Below, one piece after another: positions 10,521-20,088 of a stretch of DNA of 37,286 bases. The translations under genes were made by a program, and so were the position numbers. Each line of letters opens with the position of its first letter. Position 1 is the first letter of the stretch. The DNA lies in contig RDOE01000031.1 of NCBI GenBank assembly GCA_011364975.1, forward strand, positions 1-37,286. The letters run 5' to 3'. The notes under the pieces are model-generated. The model saw only the letters and a program-made list of their open reading frames with translations, did not search any database and was not told where the DNA came from. Origin of the DNA: Promethearchaeota archaeon (GTDB taxonomy: Archaea; Asgardarchaeota; Lokiarchaeia; Sigyniarchaeales; SOKP01).

Positions 10521-11744
10521 ATGAAATCTTTTATTATTGATACTTTAATAGGTATATTTGCCGTTGATGAGCTAGGAACCATTCTTAATTTTGCATTTTT
10601 GAATGAAAATGAAAACAGGATGATTAATTTCTATTCTTCTTTAGACAGCGGAATTCTTCTTGAGGAATATTTAAATTTTGTGGGGGAATTGAAGAATTCT
10701 GGGTTTGATGAATTTGTATTTGATAATAAAGAACTGGAAACTCTTACTTCAAAAGATCTAAATTGCAAATCTTCATATAATAGGCAAGCACCGGAGTTTA
10801 TAAACTTTCGAATAAATTTGGAGCATAAATTAAATAGTATTGGTTTCAAAAAATCAGAGGATGAACTTAAACTAATTTTTAAAAGTATTAGTGAAGAATT
10901 AATAAAGAATAAAATAAGTGAAGCTGGAGCTCAAAAAGATACAATTATCATTCAAATTATTGAAACCTTAGATATTATTAAAAAATCTATAAGTTTATTC
11001 AGTAGCAGACTTAGAGAATGGTATGGTTTGCATTTTCCAGAATTAACAGACAAATTAGTTGAAGATAACGTCATTTTAGCAGAAATGGTGGCAGTTTTAG
11101 GGAATAGAGAGAAGTTTACTATTAAAAACCTAAGAGAGAATTTTGACTTTAGTGAGGAAAGAATTAATGCTTTACATCAATTAGCAAATGATTCTATGGG
11201 TGCGAAAATTAATATTAATATTATTCAAGACTATGCAAATCAAATTATTTCACTTGACAAGTATAGAGCATTTCTAGAAAATTATTTAGAAGATTTAATG
11301 GAAGTATCCGCACCAAATTTGACTGGAATTATAGGTAGTTTAATAGGGGCAAAATTAATAGCAAAAGCAGGTAGTTTAAAAAAGTTAGCATTCATGCCAG
11401 CTTCTAGAATTCAACTTTTGGGTGCTGAGAAGGCATTATATCGTTTTTTAAAAAGTGGTGAAAAAAGACCAAAACATGGTTTAATTTTTCAATGGAATCA
11501 AATTAGAGGAAATAAACCTTGGATACGGGGCAAAATTTCTAGGCTTATTTCTGGCAAAATAGGGATCGCTGCTAAGTTAGATTTTTTTAAGGGAGAAATT
11601 ATAGCAGATTTTTTAACTAAAGAAATAGAACAAAAAATCATTGAAATTGAAAAGAAATACCCAAAGCCCCCAAAACAAGAGATTAAGCCCAAAAAGAAAA
11701 AAACTCAAGGTAAAAAGGGATCAAAGAAGAATATTAAGAGGTAA
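10521..11744 (+). CDS. nop5: C/D box sRNP core protein Nop5 (Nop56/58)
   Basis: RLREWYGLHFPEL, APNL, LGAEKALYR, PKHGLIFQ, RGKISR motifs; Lys-rich tail. Confidence 0.95.
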   Translation: MKSFIIDTLIGIFAVDELGTILNFAFLNENENRMINFYSSLDSGILLEEYLNFVGELKNSGFDEFVFDNKELETLTSKDLNCKSSYNRQAPEFINFRINLEHKLNSIGFKKSEDELKLIFKSISEELIKNKISEAGAQKDTIIIQIIETLDIIKKSISLFSSRLREWYGLHFPELTDKLVEDNVILAEMVAVLGNREKFTIKNLRENFDFSEERINALHQLANDSMGAKININIIQDYANQIISLDKYRAFLENYLEDLMEVSAPNLTGIIGSLIGAKLIAKAGSLKKLAFMPASRIQLLGAEKALYRFLKSGEKRPKHGLIFQWNQIRGNKPWIRGKISRLISGKIGIAAKLDFFKGEIIADFLTKEIEQKIIEIEKKYPKPPKQEIKPKKKKTQGKKGSKKNIKR

Positions 11745-11751
11745 AAATAGA

Positions 11752-12441
11752 ATGGACAAAGTTGAAATCAGAATTCACCCTAAATATAAAAATGTATATG
11801 TTTCTGGGTCACCAGAGAATTACAGGTTATATACCAAGAATTTAATTCCAGGTAGAAAAACTATTGATGAAAAATTAATAATCATTGGTGGAGATGAATA
11901 TAGAGAATGGGATCCCTATAGGAGTAAATTAGCAGCCCTTATTTTAGAGGAACCTATGACTAATCTATTTTTAGATAATTTAAATTGCTTATATTTAGGA
12001 GCATCGTCAGGAACGACTATATCCTATCTATCAGACATACTTAACAAGGGTATTATTTACGGAGTAGAATTTGCAGAGCGTAGTATACGTCAATTAATCC
12101 AAAATTGTAAAGATAGAAAAAATGTTATTCCCATCTTGGGTGACGCTAATTTTCCAGAAGATTATGGGCATAATATTTTTACTGCTATTGATCTAATTTA
12201 TCAAGACGTTGCCCAACCTAATCAGGCGGAAATTGCAATTAAAAACGCTGAATATTATCTAAAAAAAGATGGTATCCTCATTATCGCTATAAAGTCCCAA
12301 TCTATTGATAGTATTAGTAAATCTGAAAAAGTTTATGCTCAAGAGAAGCATTATATAGAAGAAAAAGGATATCGGATTATTAAAAGTGTTAATATCCATA
12401 AATATGCCTCTAATCATATCATTTTGATTGTTCAGAGATAA
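11752..12441 (+). CDS. flpA: Fibrillarin-like rRNA/tRNA 2'-O-methyltransferase
   Basis: YREWDPYRSKLAA, LYLGASSGTT, YGVEF, DVAQPNQ motifs. ATG at 11752 lies 7 nt after the nop5 stop. Confidence 0.95.
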   Translation: MDKVEIRIHPKYKNVYVSGSPENYRLYTKNLIPGRKTIDEKLIIIGGDEYREWDPYRSKLAALILEEPMTNLFLDNLNCLYLGASSGTTISYLSDILNKGIIYGVEFAERSIRQLIQNCKDRKNVIPILGDANFPEDYGHNIFTAIDLIYQDVAQPNQAEIAIKNAEYYLKKDGILIIAIKSQSIDSISKSEKVYAQEKHYIEEKGYRIIKSVNIHKYASNHIILIVQR

Positions 12442-12457
12442 GAGAGAACATTAATCT

Positions 12458-13177
12458 TTATTGATTTGTAAATTCGGTTATTTTTTTATTTTTTAACTCC
12501 CTATTAAGAATATTTTTTGTAGTTTGCCACGACTTTCTTACAAAAGGAGGGGTTTTTTTGTGTTCTATAATCCAATTACGTAGCGATTCTATGGTTCTCG
12601 CATCTGAAGGATACCCTGAGCCAAAATCACCGTATTTGCCCTTTAATTCGTTAATGATCGAGTCTCGTAAATCTTTAGCGATAATTGAGCTAGCAGAAAC
12701 TACAGGATATATAATATCTGCTTTATGTCTCGCAATAATCTTTTTAGGTTTATAATTTAGACCCATTTTAATAGAGTTTTTAAATCTTTGTTCATTGACA
12801 TCAACAGCATCTATATAAATTTCGTCGGGAGTCAAATCATTTATAATATTAGCCATATATAGTTCCTCGAGTTGATTTAGCGTAATTTTTTTTTGTTCTC
12901 TTTGATCGATTTCTTCAGCACTTATTTCTGCTATTTTAAGTTTTAAAGCATTTTGTTTAATTATAATGGCTAGTTGTTTTCTTTTTTCGGGAGTTAATTT
13001 TTTCGAATCCTTTACTCCTATAGCTTTTAATAATTCAATCTGATTATCATAAAAACAAACACCACAGATAATCATCGGGCCAAAAACTGGACCTCTACCG
13101 GCTTCATCTATTCCACAAATAATTAGTTTGTTATTTTCCGGATTCTTGAATGAGATCGATGAACTCTTCTTCATCAT
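12458..13177 (-). CDS. rnhB: Ribonuclease HII
   Basis: GIDEAGRGPV, GVKDSKKL, VSASSIIAK, GSGYPSD motifs; PIP-box-like C-terminus. Start codon uncertain. Confidence 0.95.
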   Translation of the reverse strand: MMKKSSSISFKNPENNKLIICGIDEAGRGPVFGPMIICGVCFYDNQIELLKAIGVKDSKKLTPEKRKQLAIIIKQNALKLKIAEISAEEIDQREQKKITLNQLEELYMANIINDLTPDEIYIDAVDVNEQRFKNSIKMGLNYKPKKIIARHKADIIYPVVSASSIIAKDLRDSIINELKGKYGDFGSGYPSDARTIESLRNWIIEHKKTPPFVRKSWQTTKNILNRELKNKKITEFTNQ

Positions 13178-14141
13178 CCACTTCTTCTAGAGTCTTGATT
13201 TTTAATATTGGTATTTTATTAGTTTTTAATGAATCAGGTATTCTTATATCGTTATTAACAATAAATAGAGTATTTTTATTAAATAACTCCTTAAATAAAC
13301 TTAAACATCTCAAATTAAGTTCATTAAGTTTTTTCTCTTCATCAGAAATACCTGAAAAAACTGGAAAGATAGTGTGTTCAGCATCTTTAGTGACTATTTT
13401 TGAGTAAATAGATAACTTAAATGGAATAGTTCCTTTTTTGTACCAATATGAACTTATTCCAATATCATTTAAAATTTCCTGCAAATGATATTCAAATGGA
13501 TTTAGCTCATCCTCTTGATGCATCTCTTCATTATCAATATCAAATTTAAAGTTCCACTCGAAGAGATTAATTCTTTTAAAAATGTCACTACAATCTAAAA
13601 TTTGTGCTATCTTATTTGCTATACTTTCAGAAGGGCGCATACTTTCATTTTCATAAGCACAAACTGTCCTTTTGGTAACGCCTAAAATTTCAGATAATTT
13701 TTTCCGTGATATTAACAAATTTTCACGTATAGTTTTCATTAAATCGCCTTTAATGTAAATAACGCCTCCACCTCTTCTAGCAAGAATATATGGATAACTA
13801 TCTTGGTCTAAAATGTTTTCTAATGTTTTTAATGTAATAAATGGTAAATCTTCTCTTATATAAATAGTATTATCCTCCAATTTTTGATATCTATTTCTTA
13901 TCCCTATAAGTAGGGGTTTAGATTTCAATAGGGCTGATAAGGATTTAATATCATTAATAACATCAGGATTTAAATTATCAATATTTGGAAACACCTTTAC
14001 ACTGAAAACCATATTAGCAATTTTCACTAACAGATCAAAGCAGAAGGTGTTTTTTTTCGTAGAAAAGCTATCTAAGACAAAAGTCTCAAAATTAGCTTTC
14101 TTTAACAAATCATCAATTCTTTGAATTATATTATTGATCAT
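13131..14141 (-). CDS. Archaeal Cro/C1-type HTH transcriptional regulator (COG1395-like)
   Basis: CFDLLVK..SVKV..NIDNL N-terminal domain, ARRGGG, central HTH ISRKKLSEILGVTKRTVCAYEN. Confidence 0.8.
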   Translation of the reverse strand: MINNIIQRIDDLLKKANFETFVLDSFSTKKNTFCFDLLVKIANMVFSVKVFPNIDNLNPDVINDIKSLSALLKSKPLLIGIRNRYQKLEDNTIYIREDLPFITLKTLENILDQDSYPYILARRGGGVIYIKGDLMKTIRENLLISRKKLSEILGVTKRTVCAYENESMRPSESIANKIAQILDCSDIFKRINLFEWNFKFDIDNEEMHQEDELNPFEYHLQEILNDIGISSYWYKKGTIPFKLSIYSKIVTKDAEHTIFPVFSGISDEEKKLNELNLRCLSLFKELFNKNTLFIVNNDIRIPDSLKTNKIPILKIKTLEEVDDEEEFIDLIQESGK

Positions 14142-14260
14142 CAGTCTAATTAATACTAGTAATGTAAAACTATATTATTTTTTCTAGTAAATTTATAGGT
14201 GGAATCTTAATTAATTTAATTGTTTAAGGAATTGAGACTGTATACGAAAACAATTATTAA

Positions 14261-14830
14261 TTATTGATTTGTTAATTTAAGAAAGTTAGAGTCGGTAATA
14301 ATACCAACATATTTTCCTAAATCTTTTACTAAAACTGCGGGATAATTTATAAGTAAATTGGATATTTCTCTAACATTCCAATTTTTCTCCACTTCAGGGA
14401 ACGGTAATTCTTTAATGTCAAATACATTCATATATAAGATATCTGGATTATCAATAATGAATTTTTGAATTTTTTTAGAAGTAATACTTCCTATATTTAA
14501 ACCATTTTGATCCATTATAGGCACTTGTGAAATCTTGTACTTATTCATCAATTCTATCGCATCTTTAACTGTGGATTCTGATGTTAGGTGATAGATTTTT
14601 CGCGTCATTATATCATTAGCCGTAATTAATGCTTGAGATCTTTTAATACTTTCATTTTCCAAATAATCGTAGATTGCTTTAAATTTAGAATAGGGTGGAT
14701 CCATTGTTCCATTCTCGATCCTTGAAATTGTTGATTGTTGTATTCCTAATTTTTGCCCTAATTCTTTTTGGCTTATGTTTAATTTTTTCCGTAATTCCCG
14801 AATTTTTGCGTAATCTGGCAAGCTTTCCAT
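14261..14830 (-). CDS. XRE-type HTH plus tandem CBS domain regulator (COG3620-like)
   Basis: RKKLNISQKELGQKLGIQQSTISRIENG HTH; CBS motifs ANDIMT...ISQVPI...GSIT and VGIITDSN. Confidence 0.88.
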   Translation of the reverse strand: MESLPDYAKIRELRKKLNISQKELGQKLGIQQSTISRIENGTMDPPYSKFKAIYDYLENESIKRSQALITANDIMTRKIYHLTSESTVKDAIELMNKYKISQVPIMDQNGLNIGSITSKKIQKFIIDNPDILYMNVFDIKELPFPEVEKNWNVREISNLLINYPAVLVKDLGKYVGIITDSNFLKLTNQ

Positions 14831-14867
14831 GATAAATTTAATAAAGTTTATTTAGTATAATTTGTAC

Positions 14868-14889
14868 GCATAAAAAATGCATTTTATGC
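14868..14889. promoter_or_regulatory. Inverted repeat, candidate operator between the divergent HTH-CBS gene and mat
   Basis: GCATAAAA-N6-TTTTATGC, perfect 8-bp arms, in the 149-nt divergent intergenic region. Confidence 0.4.
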
Positions 14890-14979
14890 ATATATAATAT
14901 AATAATTATTATATTGGATAATTAATTTAAAAAAATATTTAAAAAACTACTTATATAAATAAGAAATTGGTTAATTAAA

Positions 14980-16221
14980 ATGTTAAAAATAACTCGCGCA
15001 AACTTTTTACCCATCGAAAAAAGTGAATTCCCTGAAATTTGTGAAAGGAAAGGAGTAGGGCATCCAGATTCTGTCTGTGATGCTGTCGCAGACGCATGTT
15101 CAAGAGCTCTATGTCAATATTACCTCTCGAAATATAATCGAGTGTACCATCATAATGTTGATAAAGCTGCCTTAGTAGGAGGTACCGCAAAACCAGAATT
15201 TGGTGGAGGACTAATTATTCAACCACAATATTTTTTAATTGTAGGAAGAGCTATAAATCAAATACTTATAGAATGTGGGTCTGAAAGTAAATTAGAATAT
15301 ATTCCTGTAGCAACGATCTGTATTGAGACCCAACGCCGAGAATTAGAAAAAATATTTAGAAATTTAGATTTAAATAAAGATATTCAATTTGATTATGCCG
15401 TACGCCCTGGTTCCATAGACCTAACTGGTGTATTTGATGAGTCTCATCATACTGAAGAGGTACCTCTAGCTAATGATACTAGTTTTGGGGTAGGTTATGC
15501 GCCATATTCCGATGTTGAAAAAATAACTTTGGAAGCGGAATATCTATTGAATTCTCCTCAATTCAAAGATAAATGTAAAGGTTCAGGCGAAGATATTAAA
15601 ATTATGACTGAAAGAATTGGAAATAAAATCGGTATTACTGTTGCTGCTGCGATGGTGAGCAAATATATTAATGATGCGGATGAATATCTCAGCTATACAA
15701 ACCAGATCAAGGATTCTGTGTTAGATTTGGCTGCTAAAATTATTCCAGAAAAAGAAGTAACATGTCAGGTTAATGTAGCAGATAATATCGAGAAAGGGAT
15801 TATGTATTTAACAATTACAGGTACATCTGCAGAAGCAGGGGATGATGGTGAAGTAGGCAGAGGAAATAGAAGCAATGGTTTAATAACACCTTGCAGAACT
15901 ATGAGTTTAGAAGCAGTTTGCGGTAAAAATCCAATTAATCATGTTGGTAAAATTTATAATATAACCGCAACTGAAATGGCACGTGAAATATATAAACGCG
16001 GAGAAGGTAATATCCTTGAAGCTCACGTTAAACTATTATCCCAAATTGGACATCCAATTACTGAACCTTGGATAAATTCAATAGAATTAGTTCCTGCTGA
16101 TAATGTGAATTTTACAACTATAGAGAAAATCGCTCAAGAAGTATCTCAGGAAATGCTTAGTAAGGAATATTTTATTGATTTACGTAAGCGCTTAATATCT
16201 GGTAAAGTACAAGTTTTTTAA
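14980..16221 (+). CDS. mat: S-adenosylmethionine synthetase, archaeal type
   Basis: [64 protein letters not shown] motifs. Confidence 0.96.
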   Translation: MLKITRANFLPIEKSEFPEICERKGVGHPDSVCDAVADACSRALCQYYLSKYNRVYHHNVDKAALVGGTAKPEFGGGLIIQPQYFLIVGRAINQILIECGSESKLEYIPVATICIETQRRELEKIFRNLDLNKDIQFDYAVRPGSIDLTGVFDESHHTEEVPLANDTSFGVGYAPYSDVEKITLEAEYLLNSPQFKDKCKGSGEDIKIMTERIGNKIGITVAAAMVSKYINDADEYLSYTNQIKDSVLDLAAKIIPEKEVTCQVNVADNIEKGIMYLTITGTSAEAGDDGEVGRGNRSNGLITPCRTMSLEAVCGKNPINHVGKIYNITATEMAREIYKRGEGNILEAHVKLLSQIGHPITEPWINSIELVPADNVNFTTIEKIAQEVSQEMLSKEYFIDLRKRLISGKVQVF

Positions 16222-16342
16222 GTGCCAATCCCAATTTTTTTTCCTTAATTTTTGAAAAAATTTATTATAATTCCTAAAATATTATTTAAATTACGTTATA
16301 TAATTTAATGATACAAATTAACTTAAATTCAGTGAACTTTGG

Positions 16343-16591
16343 TTGGGTTTAGATAAATGGATTGCACCTGAAAAAGAGAAAAAGAAAAAAAAAGAAGAAT
16401 CTAAGATAAATTCTCAAGGAATTTCAAATTCTAGAAAGAAAGAAAGAGTAAAAGAAACACCGATTTTAACAAAACACACTCTTATTTGCCCTAAAGCCAA
16501 ATGTAAATACCAAAAGGTTATAGTAAAACGAATATTGACTGAAAAAGATAAAGTATGTCCCAAATGTAAAGGTTTGATGAGGATTAAATGA
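16343..16591 (+). CDS. Small basic zinc-ribbon protein
   Basis: Lys-rich N-terminus; C-terminal CPKAKC...CPKC. TTG start. Confidence 0.65.
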   Translation: MGLDKWIAPEKEKKKKKEESKINSQGISNSRKKERVKETPILTKHTLICPKAKCKYQKVIVKRILTEKDKVCPKCKGLMRIK

Positions 16592-16594
16592 AAA

Positions 16595-16822
16595 TTATTT
16601 AATCGGGAGATTATTTAAATCAAATTCAGTTTCGCAATTGGGACAGCGGTTTTTCTTTTTACTATATTTTAATATCAAATAGATAAAGAATCCTAATCCG
16701 GCGGTTAGAAGGACCATAAAACAGAGTACTTCATGATATAAATGGTCAAAATTTTTTCGCCTTAATATAACCTTTTCTTCGCAAATCGGACAATAAACTT
16801 CTCTTTTGACCAGCAAAATCAA
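16595..16822 (-). CDS. LITAF-like zinc-ribbon membrane protein
   Basis: CPIC, then a ~20-aa hydrophobic segment, then RCPNC. Confidence 0.65.
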   Translation of the reverse strand: MILLVKREVYCPICEEKVILRRKNFDHLYHEVLCFMVLLTAGLGFFIYLILKYSKKKNRCPNCETEFDLNNLPIK

Positions 16823-16930
16823 CCTTTTATGTATAGTTTCTTATATTGATGAAAAGTTTTAATTATTTAATTAATTTACGGGGAGCCAATCCTGAAGCAA
16901 AAATCTAGACTTTACTATAATATAATTATA

Positions 16931-17056
16931 TTATTCTTCTTTTTTCTTCTTTGTTAAATCAGTTAAAATATTCCATGTACTCCCAACTCCTAATTCATTA
17001 AGCTTCTTGCGTTCATTATTGATATCATTTTTATCATTCTTTTCTTCTTCACTCAT
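16931..17056 (-). CDS. Unannotated 41-aa charged small protein
   Basis: Manual translation MSEEEKNDKNDINNERKKLNELGVGSTWNILTDLTKKKKEE*; ATG at 17056, TAA ending at 16931. Confidence 0.45.
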   Translation of the reverse strand: MSEEEKNDKNDINNERKKLNELGVGSTWNILTDLTKKKKEE

Positions 17057-17207
17057 AGTAGGTAAAATTTTAGGGTAATTATAATTTAACAAAATATCTT
17101 TAAATTCAAATTTAAATTTAGGCTTAATATTATTAAGATTGAATTTTATATTTAAAATAATATTAATTCTAAATGAAACTGTAGGTAAAAGCCGGAAGGA
17201 TTATTTT

Positions 17208-18194
17208 ATGCCAGTTTGTTATCATTGTGGAATAAATGCTACGGAGTCATACTTTTGTTTAAAATGCGGGCAAAATTATTGTTCACTTCACAAGGAACCA
17301 ATTGATCATGAATGTAATATTGTTATTGAAAGTTTAAAGCCATCACAATCCCTTCATGTACCCACAGCTTTAAATCAATACTCTCAAATAGCCAATACTA
17401 ATATTGAAACACCTCAAGGATTTGCAGGTGTCATTCGTGGTACGAGTGATGGTACCTATACCTGGTATCGTCAAGAAAAAGCAATACCTCAGGACGCTTT
17501 TGATCCCAATTCTGGAATTAAATTCAAGGGAATAATGTTAGCGCATAAATCAGAGTTAATTCATTTTATAATTGGTTCAACACTGATCTTTATTTTAGGA
17601 TTGATCAGTTTCTATAATCCATCATATGTTGAATTAGGTTATGGATGGGGATTTTTCTTACTTGCTGGTTTTTATACCACAGCCTTTTTATTTCATGAAT
17701 TAGGACATCGGCAGGTTGCAAAACATTTTAATCTTCAGACCAAATTTAGACTTTTGACCTTTGGAATGTATTTAACAACCATTAGTATTATCTTCGGATT
17801 AATGACTTTGTTAAATCTTTCACCACCATTGCCGACCTTAGCCTTACCAGGGGCAGTTGTTGTATTAGGATTAGATAAAATTAGTCGAAAAACAGGTTTA
17901 TGTAAGGCGGCTGGTCCTACCATTAATTTGATTTATGGTGGAATCTTATTTATAGTTTCTTTTTTAATACCTAAATTTCTATTTCCCTTGAACTACTTTC
18001 TGTGCATTGCGGCTAATTTGAATTTTATGCTAGGTAGTTTCAATATGCTCCCGTTTGGGATTTTAGATGGACAAAATATCTGGAAATGGAAAAAAAATGT
18101 TTATTTTGGTTTAATGGGTCCCTTATTGATATTGTTAATTATAACATTAATCATCCTATATAGTGATTTAGTGGTTTTTCTCTACTTCCTTTAA
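17208..18194 (+). CDS. AN1-type zinc finger fused to M50 (site-2) intramembrane metalloprotease
   Basis: CYHC..CLKC....CSLH.....HEC AN1 finger; intact HELGH and NMLPFGILDG; multiple TM segments. ATG at 17208 preferred over TTG at 17139. Confidence 0.85.
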   Translation: MPVCYHCGINATESYFCLKCGQNYCSLHKEPIDHECNIVIESLKPSQSLHVPTALNQYSQIANTNIETPQGFAGVIRGTSDGTYTWYRQEKAIPQDAFDPNSGIKFKGIMLAHKSELIHFIIGSTLIFILGLISFYNPSYVELGYGWGFFLLAGFYTTAFLFHELGHRQVAKHFNLQTKFRLLTFGMYLTTISIIFGLMTLLNLSPPLPTLALPGAVVVLGLDKISRKTGLCKAAGPTINLIYGGILFIVSFLIPKFLFPLNYFLCIAANLNFMLGSFNMLPFGILDGQNIWKWKKNVYFGLMGPLLILLIITLIILYSDLVVFLYFL

Positions 18195-18353
18195 AAATTA
18201 TTACTATTAGCCATATATGGAGTTTGATAACAGATAGAAAGGAAATAAAAAATGTCAAGATTTATTGCTATTCATGCATAAATATAAGTTGATAAGTTCT
18301 TAATTGATTTTAATATAAAATTAGTTTACGAAATAAATAAATCCGAGCCTGTT

Positions 18354-19280
18354 ATGACGTACTGTGAATATTGTGGTGAACCAATAAGCTACTTGCCGTT
18401 TAAGTGTAAATATTGTGGTGGTAATTTTTGTCAAAAACATAGGTTACCTGAAAATCATGAATGTACATTCGAGGTGAGATATAAGCCCCAAGATGAAGAA
18501 TATCTAACTAATTTAAAAAGTAAGCAGAAGACTACTAAATCTAAAGTAGTGTCGACAGATAAAAAATCAATAAAATTAAGAAGGTACATAAAACGACAAG
18601 AAAAAATTGCGAAAACTAAACAACCAAGGACTTATACTTGGAGTAGAAATATTTATGGTACTAAAATTCTTTTAATTATGATTTTGATTACCTCAGTTAT
18701 CGCTTCAATAATATACTATAATGGGCTTGAGGAATACATATATTTTAGTTTAAGTGGTATTATTAACAAATTTGCATTTTATACAATTTTAACCTCCCTA
18801 TTTATCACAGAGATATCGTTATTTAGCCCCTTTTTAATAATTGAAATATTTTTTTTAATAATAATAGTCTTTTTCACCTATGTGCTCGCAAAATCCATAG
18901 AATTAAGGTTTGGAACTTATTTCTTATTCAAGTTATTTATAGTAGCTAGTCTATTTTCTCTATTATTTTATATACCATTACGGTTGACCTTAATTTCGTT
19001 GTTTCCTATACCCCTTGTCACTATTTCTATAGGTTTTGCTTGGGGGGGAATTTTAGGTTTAATTTCTTATTCTCTATTTCCAGCAATGAATCGAGAAATA
19101 ACTGCTATTATGACAATCATTCCAATTAAAATGAGAGGGAGAAGTTTTCTTTATCTTATAATTCTCTTTAGAATTATACCGATTCTTTTTTCGCCACTTA
19201 GTTTTGTCATTTATCTTCCAGATTTAGGAGGAATCTTAGGGGCATATATCGTATATAAATATCAAAGGAAGCATTTATAA
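18354..19280 (+). CDS. AN1-type zinc finger fused to rhomboid-like membrane domain, apparently lacking the catalytic dyad
   Basis: CEYC...FKCKYCGGNFCQKHRLPENHEC; YTILTSLF, SIELRFG; GFAWGG where GxSG is expected; PDLGGILG where HLGG is expected. Confidence 0.75.
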   Translation: MTYCEYCGEPISYLPFKCKYCGGNFCQKHRLPENHECTFEVRYKPQDEEYLTNLKSKQKTTKSKVVSTDKKSIKLRRYIKRQEKIAKTKQPRTYTWSRNIYGTKILLIMILITSVIASIIYYNGLEEYIYFSLSGIINKFAFYTILTSLFITEISLFSPFLIIEIFFLIIIVFFTYVLAKSIELRFGTYFLFKLFIVASLFSLLFYIPLRLTLISLFPIPLVTISIGFAWGGILGLISYSLFPAMNREITAIMTIIPIKMRGRSFLYLIILFRIIPILFSPLSFVIYLPDLGGILGAYIVYKYQRKHL

Positions 19281-19346
19281 AACCATAAAAATTTTCAAGT
19301 AGAAATTATTATGTAATTTAAAAAATAGTTACTATTTTAGCTAAAA

Positions 19347-20006
19347 ATGCCTCAAGATAATACATCTCGTATAATTGAACTAAACGAGGATTTAATACAA
19401 CACAACCAAACCCTAGCACAACAAAATTTAGCATATTTTGAAAAATTTAATATTAAATCTTTTGATATTGTTGGTGCAATTGGAGCGGGTAAAACAGCAT
19501 TGCTTGAAATTATAACTAAGAAATTGTCAAAAGATTATAAAATCCTAGTTATTAATGGTGACGTAGCGACAAGGATAGATGCAGATCGAATTGAAAAATT
19601 TGGTGCTAAGGCAATTCAAATAAATACAGGGAGAGAATGTGCCCTAAACTCTTATCATATCTCCCAAGTTTTAAAAAGTATTGATTTGGGAATGTATAAT
19701 ATAGTATTTATAGAAAATGTTGGTAATTTAATTTGTCCTTCTGATTTCATATTGGGTACGAGTAAACGTATTGTTGTTGTTTCGATTACTGAAGGACCTT
19801 GGGTTATCAGAAAACATCCTATGTTATTTAAATTCTCGGATATTGCTGTAATAAATAAAATTGATTTACTCGACATTATGGATATCAATGTTAATGAAAT
19901 GATAAGAGATGCTAAAGAAATCAACCCAGATATAAAAATTTTACCGATAAGTGCTGAAACTGGTGAAAATATCCCTAAGTTAATAGATTTATTGATTAAT
20001 GATTAA
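19347..20006 (+). CDS. hypB: Hydrogenase nickel incorporation GTPase HypB
   Basis: GAIGAGKT, DADRI, IENVGNLICP, SITEG, KHP, NKIDL, SAETGE motifs. Confidence 0.9.
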   Translation: MPQDNTSRIIELNEDLIQHNQTLAQQNLAYFEKFNIKSFDIVGAIGAGKTALLEIITKKLSKDYKILVINGDVATRIDADRIEKFGAKAIQINTGRECALNSYHISQVLKSIDLGMYNIVFIENVGNLICPSDFILGTSKRIVVVSITEGPWVIRKHPMLFKFSDIAVINKIDLLDIMDINVNEMIRDAKEINPDIKILPISAETGENIPKLIDLLIND

Positions 20007-20088
20007 TACTTTTTCAAAAAATACGAATTAAATTAAGAATAAAAGGTAAATTACATATATTAATTTAAAAACAACAAGTTGATCGAAA

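Noticed and set aside
11641-11751. N-terminal extension of fibrillarin in the ORF track
   Set aside because: It overlaps the nop5 3' end; ATG 11752 fits an operon junction better.
16847-16895. Possible C/D box sRNA (TGATGA ... CTGA, about 50 nt, with a GC-rich patch before CTGA)
   Set aside because: There are no D'/C' boxes or terminal stem, box C lacks its leading purine, and I could not identify a target. Chance occurrence is plausible.
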